A stretch of DNA of 64,000 nucleotides. Source: an uncultured Poribacteria bacterium. Its GTDB lineage: Bacteria > Poribacteria > WGA-4E > WGA-3G. Both the position numbers and the translations under genes were made by a program. Numbering within the stretch: position 1 is the stretch's first letter; every line of letters starts with the position of its first letter. Positions 59,550 through 64,000 of this stretch are shown one piece after another. Location of the stretch: positions 4,960,001-5,024,000 of the forward strand of contig OX638351.1 of the NCBI GenBank assembly GCA_951813565.1. Direction: 5' to 3'. Under the pieces are notes generated by a model that searched no databases, was not told the origin of the DNA, and saw only the letters and a list, made by a program, of their open reading frames with translations.

Positions 59550-59954
59550 ATGGATTTATCGAGAGGCGATATTCTTAGTCGCTTCATTTTTTCTAAAAGA
59601 CACTTTTCAATAGAAAATTCGACTGTCAAATATGGAGCATTTATTCCGCCTCCAAATAGTGCTGATTTATCTGTGTTTTCTGTTTCATCCCTTACTAACA
59701 GCGAAATATGGGAAATCGGACGTAAATATGTCCAAACGAATGAAAGAAAACTAAAGGCAAGAGCCGATCTTCCTGTTGAAAAAGTTTATGCTGTTAATCT
59801 AAAAGTTGTCCCAGATACTCAACCTCACGAACTACATGCCAATATCACATCTTTTCCATTAGACAAGAGGGAGCGTACTGATCTTGCAAGAAAACTTGCA
59901 GTCGTTAGTAGGTTGGAAATTATACCACCTGAAGATACTGATTCTGATCGTTAA
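59550..59954 (+). CDS. Hypothetical protein, module gene B copy 2
   Basis: LSRFIFSKRHFS...AFIPP...LSVFSV...EIWEIGRKYVQTNERKLKARADL...HANITSFP. Confidence 0.75.
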   Translation: MDLSRGDILSRFIFSKRHFSIENSTVKYGAFIPPPNSADLSVFSVSSLTNSEIWEIGRKYVQTNERKLKARADLPVEKVYAVNLKVVPDTQPHELHANITSFPLDKRERTDLARKLAVVSRLEIIPPEDTDSDR

Positions 59955-60041
59955 ATACAATTTTGGATAGTGTTTAAACCAATGCGACTCATCAACCTAC
60001 TGCTATTGTGATGCCCTCAGGATACCTAAAGGAATAACTAA

Positions 60042-62498
60042 ATGAAAAGCGACGCGCACGCTTCCAAAGCGCGCCTACCGGAAGATATAGTATCTATTAT
60101 TGAAAACATCCTCGGTTGCAAACTTGAAGATGTAACTGTAGGAATGGATTTTACCCCTGATGCCCTACAAACCCTCCTCACCACGCCCCCTACAGACTCT
60201 CTTGAAAACTATCTTACACCACAATGGGTAGTGCTTGCTGCTGGCAAAGGCACTCGCATTGATCCTACAGGACGATTGAGCAAGACGTTGGACATTATGT
60301 TCGGCGGGCAGAACATGCTGCAATGGTCATGTCGTTTTCTGCCGGGCAACCGTCCACATATTGTTGTTATCAACCCACAAATGGCAACCCGAATAGCCGA
60401 AAGTGGATCACCTGAACAGTTGTTAGGTGAAAATGCGATTCCTTGTATCCAACAAGAAATGAACGGTACTGGTGGTGCGTTGCAAGCGGCACTGCCTGCA
60501 CTTCGCGATTCTGATGCCGAATGGATCGGCGTAGCATTTGGCGATGAACCTTTTTTACAAAGAGCCATCTTTGCACAAACGTTGCTATCTCATTTTCTTT
60601 CTGGTGCGGATGTGACACTATGTGGTAAGATACCTGAAACAGTGGTTGATAAAGGCGGTCTCTTTTTTGATGCAGATGGCAAATTTATTGGCACAAAAGA
60701 GTGGTATGATATGACAGAGCCTGAAAAAGCAGGGATGTGGCAACGTTTGGAGCGTGGTGAGGCATATACCAATACCGGTATCACGATTATCCGAAAAAGT
60801 GTATTGTTGGAACGGATAGATCAGTTGGAACCGCACACGAACCGAAACGGTGAACTCCATCACGTTGATCTGATTCGTCTCTGTTATGAAGATGGCTTGA
60901 AAACAAACGCTTATATCTATCGTGGTGGTGTGTTGTCAGGCGTTAATCGTTGGTCAAACGTTTTATCAGGTGAAGATGTAATGTTTAAACAGACCAGGGA
61001 ATTCCTTGCACAGAAAGGTGTCCGTGTTGATCCATCAGCGCAGATAACGTTGGATAGTGAAGATATTGAGATCGGCACTGCATGCTATCTTATCGGCAGA
61101 ATACATATCGGAAAAGGTGTGAAGATAGCGGATTATTGTAGACTTGAAAATGTCACACTGCGCAGTGCTACAAGCGTTGGAGCTTCCGTTGGGCTGCAGA
61201 ATGTGTCTGCAAAGGATACAACATTTGAATCAAATCAGTTACCTGCAACTTTGGCAAAACCTGTTAGTGGAATTGCAACTGTCAGCACAGTAAAAAATTG
61301 CACTTTTGATGCAGTTACAGTAGGAAGCAGCGTTCAACTTTCAGATATTCAAGCACATGCAACTGTGATATCATCAAACATTAAACTAAAAAATCAAACG
61401 TTAGGTGTACCACTTGCAGAATCACCACTGGGTGTGCCGAGACCGCTTTTCAACCAAATTATTCCTGCAGATTATAGACCAGGTGTTTTTACTTTTGGCG
61501 AAAAGAAGGATTTGCCAGATTGGGAGAACCTTCGGAAGCATGTTAGTTCGCATAGTGCTACGGAGTTGATTCCGCGTGCGACGCGCAATTCACAATTGCA
61601 ACAAGTTGTGTGCAACGCAGTAGATATGCTTTTGGACATGCGGCGTGCAAATGGAGATTATCTGATTGAAGCCCTCACACCTGAAGAACTGTGGGGAACT
61701 ATCTTTGAGATGGTGAAACTGTATACTGGTAACCCGAATCCTTATCATCACGATAAACTAAAAGCACGCCGGACTGCACTTGCACTTCTGCCAGAATTTT
61801 GGAACGATGATTGGTTAACACGGTTAAAGCTTGTTGTTGCAGGGAATGTGATTGATTACAGCAGTGCTCGGGTAGTCCAAAAAGTGAATGCTAATCCTGA
61901 CTATTTTTCTGAAGCACTAAGTGCAGCGGTTGATACACCTTTTGCCATTGATTGTTATGAACTGTTCCATGAGAAAGTTATTGATGCTTTTCCTCAGCAG
62001 ATTGTGTGGCTTGCAGACAACGATGGCGAAATCATTTTTGATGTTGCTTTCATTCAGGACCTCGTTCAATGTGGACATCGTCTATGTATAGTAGGAAAAA
62101 CCGATAACGCAAGCAACGACGTTACGTTGACAGATTTGCATGATATTACAAACTATCCACAATTTGAAGAACTTCAACGCGCAATGCAAGATGGGGTTGT
62201 TACGCTGATGTCGTCAGGCGCTAAGACGATCGGGACCAATCTTTATAATGCTACACCCGAATTTATTAATGCATTATTAGACGCTGACCTTGTTATATCT
62301 AAGGGACAAGGCAATTTCTTCACGACACCGGGATGGCATAAAGATACCTTTTATCTCCTTCTCTCCAAAGGTATGACAGCTGAGCGAAGCACAGGTGTTA
62401 TAGCGGATAAAAATCTGCCAGTTGATGGACTTATTTTGGGGTATCTGCCGAGTGGAACAAAACGGGTTGCAACGTTACGAGACCTATGTAATCCTTGA
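60042..62498 (+). CDS. Fusion of a GlmU-like nucleotidyltransferase, a left-handed beta-helix-like region and a DUF89/ARMT1-like metal-dependent phosphatase
   Basis: N-terminal VVLAAGKGTRI, QQEMNGTGGA and GDEPF. Hexapeptide-like IEIGTACYLIGRIHIGKGVKI. C-terminal GNVIDYS, LADNDGEIIFD, NDVT and ISKGQGNF. Confidence 0.78.
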   Translation: MKSDAHASKARLPEDIVSIIENILGCKLEDVTVGMDFTPDALQTLLTTPPTDSLENYLTPQWVVLAAGKGTRIDPTGRLSKTLDIMFGGQNMLQWSCRFLPGNRPHIVVINPQMATRIAESGSPEQLLGENAIPCIQQEMNGTGGALQAALPALRDSDAEWIGVAFGDEPFLQRAIFAQTLLSHFLSGADVTLCGKIPETVVDKGGLFFDADGKFIGTKEWYDMTEPEKAGMWQRLERGEAYTNTGITIIRKSVLLERIDQLEPHTNRNGELHHVDLIRLCYEDGLKTNAYIYRGGVLSGVNRWSNVLSGEDVMFKQTREFLAQKGVRVDPSAQITLDSEDIEIGTACYLIGRIHIGKGVKIADYCRLENVTLRSATSVGASVGLQNVSAKDTTFESNQLPATLAKPVSGIATVSTVKNCTFDAVTVGSSVQLSDIQAHATVISSNIKLKNQTLGVPLAESPLGVPRPLFNQIIPADYRPGVFTFGEKKDLPDWENLRKHVSSHSATELIPRATRNSQLQQVVCNAVDMLLDMRRANGDYLIEALTPEELWGTIFEMVKLYTGNPNPYHHDKLKARRTALALLPEFWNDDWLTRLKLVVAGNVIDYSSARVVQKVNANPDYFSEALSAAVDTPFAIDCYELFHEKVIDAFPQQIVWLADNDGEIIFDVAFIQDLVQCGHRLCIVGKTDNASNDVTLTDLHDITNYPQFEELQRAMQDGVVTLMSSGAKTIGTNLYNATPEFINALLDADLVISKGQGNFFTTPGWHKDTFYLLLSKGMTAERSTGVIADKNLPVDGLILGYLPSGTKRVATLRDLCNP

Positions 62499-62548
62499 AA
62501 TCAAGAATAATCGAGCTTAGAAAGCCTTCCCACAAGTCGTTGTGCGAT

Positions 62549-63916
62549 TTATGTAACCTTCGAAATCGTAAATTCTCTTTTCCCTGACTTTGAAAGTGGA
62601 ATCTCATCCGCAAATTCTATCTGGACAGATACTTCTGCACCGAGCGCATCCTGGATTTTCTGGACGATATAATTACTTGTTTCCGCTGTCCATTGCTCGT
62701 TAACAACGAGTTTTAAAACACACTCCTGCAGCGTCTCCTGAATTAATTGAAATTGAGTTACACCGACAATGTTATAGAACTGTTGCGTGAAATAGCCTCC
62801 GTGTATCAATGTCCTTGTTTTCGTACGGAAGGTTGCAGTACTGCGCCCGAGAAGTTCTCCTAAGATGGGTAATTGGTTACCGCACGGACACCTCTCATCT
62901 GATAGGCGACCAATATCGCCAATTCTATAGCGGATAAACGGCATTGTGTAGTTGTTCAGTTGTGTAACAAATAAATCACCCGGTTTGGTATAAGGATCAG
63001 CACTGTCCACCTCAAGAAAAATGTCTCGGCAGTTGATATGCATACGTCCTTCTGCACATTCCATAGCGATTAATCCGACCTCCCGCCCACCATATCGGTT
63101 ATAAACCTTTGTACCAAAGACTGTTTCGGCAAGTGAACGGTAGTGTGGGTGCAGCATCTCCGCGGATGAGATAATGCCTTTCAGTTCCCATTGTGGAGTC
63201 AGTTTGTTCTCTGAGATAAATTTGGCAAATTGATATAGCGATGAAGGATAGGCAAGAATTGCCGTAGGTTGCCACCGTTGCATCTTCGCGAATGTTGTGT
63301 GTATCGCTGAATCTGTGAGGTGGAATCCATTAAGCCAGTGCTGATTTCGCCAATAGCGGTTTAATTTCTGTTTCCAATTAACATCACCGTTGACATCAGC
63401 GGGTGCGCCCCAGATGATTAACTGCGGTTCACCGAAATCCCATCCTGCCCACCTATCAAAATAATAGACGCTAATATTCCGCTGATTCCAATAATGTCTA
63501 TCCTGATAAAACTGCAGCGGTGTCCCTGTAGAGCCGCCTGTAGCATTCTCAATTCGCTGATATGTAGGAAATAATTCCGAACAAAGATTTTTCAGTTGTT
63601 TCCGTATAACGCGTTTTTCGAGTGGTAGAATTTGCGATATGTCAATAAAATCAGGATTAATTTTTTGGAGCAGGTCGTTTTGCTTCAATCCAAAGCCTTT
63701 AAACAGATCACGGTAGTATGGTGTCGTGCGTACAGCATGCTGAATAAGTTGCTTTAGACGTTCCCGCTGAAACTTTAAAATCGTTTCGAGCGGCGCGTTG
63801 AACAATTCAGTTGTTTTTGATAGTTGGGTACTGTAGAAAAAACCTTTACGATGTGTATTGTATGCGTGCCAAGCAGCTTTTGAGAAAATCTTTTTGGTTG
63901 AGCGACGGATTGACAT
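62549..63916 (-). CDS. Phenylacetate-CoA ligase/CapK family adenylate-forming protein
   Basis: TGGSTGTP, AYPSSL, RYGGREVG, MPFIRYRIGD and IPLSKSGKR motifs. Confidence 0.85.
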   Translation of the reverse strand: MSIRRSTKKIFSKAAWHAYNTHRKGFFYSTQLSKTTELFNAPLETILKFQRERLKQLIQHAVRTTPYYRDLFKGFGLKQNDLLQKINPDFIDISQILPLEKRVIRKQLKNLCSELFPTYQRIENATGGSTGTPLQFYQDRHYWNQRNISVYYFDRWAGWDFGEPQLIIWGAPADVNGDVNWKQKLNRYWRNQHWLNGFHLTDSAIHTTFAKMQRWQPTAILAYPSSLYQFAKFISENKLTPQWELKGIISSAEMLHPHYRSLAETVFGTKVYNRYGGREVGLIAMECAEGRMHINCRDIFLEVDSADPYTKPGDLFVTQLNNYTMPFIRYRIGDIGRLSDERCPCGNQLPILGELLGRSTATFRTKTRTLIHGGYFTQQFYNIVGVTQFQLIQETLQECVLKLVVNEQWTAETSNYIVQKIQDALGAEVSVQIEFADEIPLSKSGKREFTISKVT

Positions 63917-64000
63917 GATTCAATTTATAAATCCGAGATGTCCAAATAATTCAAACATCTCAGATTTTCTTTTCGGTAGTAAGAGAGGTCTGGAGGAATG

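Noticed and set aside
54700..60000. Integron cassette array explaining the repeated small genes
   Set aside because: I could not identify attC-like RYYYAAC...GTTRRRY palindromes between the genes, and there is no integrase in the window.

Overview
A bacterial chromosomal window. The LamG proteins with a shared 'V.P..KL...W..IK' C-terminus, the WD40/TPR/PQQ-propeller proteins, the sulfatase and phytanoyl-CoA dioxygenase families and the dense intergenic palindromes suggest Candidatus Poribacteria; this is inference, not a database result. Bases 1-47.3 kb are mostly housekeeping and metabolism. They include cydAB, an ffh-rpsP-khpA-trmD-rplS-rnhB-yraN cluster without rimM, dsbD, a PorX-like REC-PglZ protein, tRNA-Thr(CGT), tRNA-Phe(GAA), and an Fe-ADH/PQQ-propeller/HemN-like radical SAM/CoA-ligase/flavin-halogenase cluster. 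The main finding is a defence locus at 47.3-60 kb. A Type I restriction-modification system (hsdR, hsdS, hsdM) carries, between hsdR and hsdS and overlapping the hsdS start, a ~1113-aa protein. It fuses a Schlafen/AlbA_2 domain and an HATPase_c_4-like domain to a full-length prokaryotic Argonaute with an intact MID pocket and a dead PIWI site. An uncharacterised two-gene module also occurs inside and after this locus (3 copies of gene A, 2 of gene B). Intergenic regions hold two copies of a ~407-bp ORF-less IS200/IS605-like element, an internally deleted IS982-like element, and several MITE families that carry or target GTAG-type REP palindromes. All family assignments come from motif recognition by eye.
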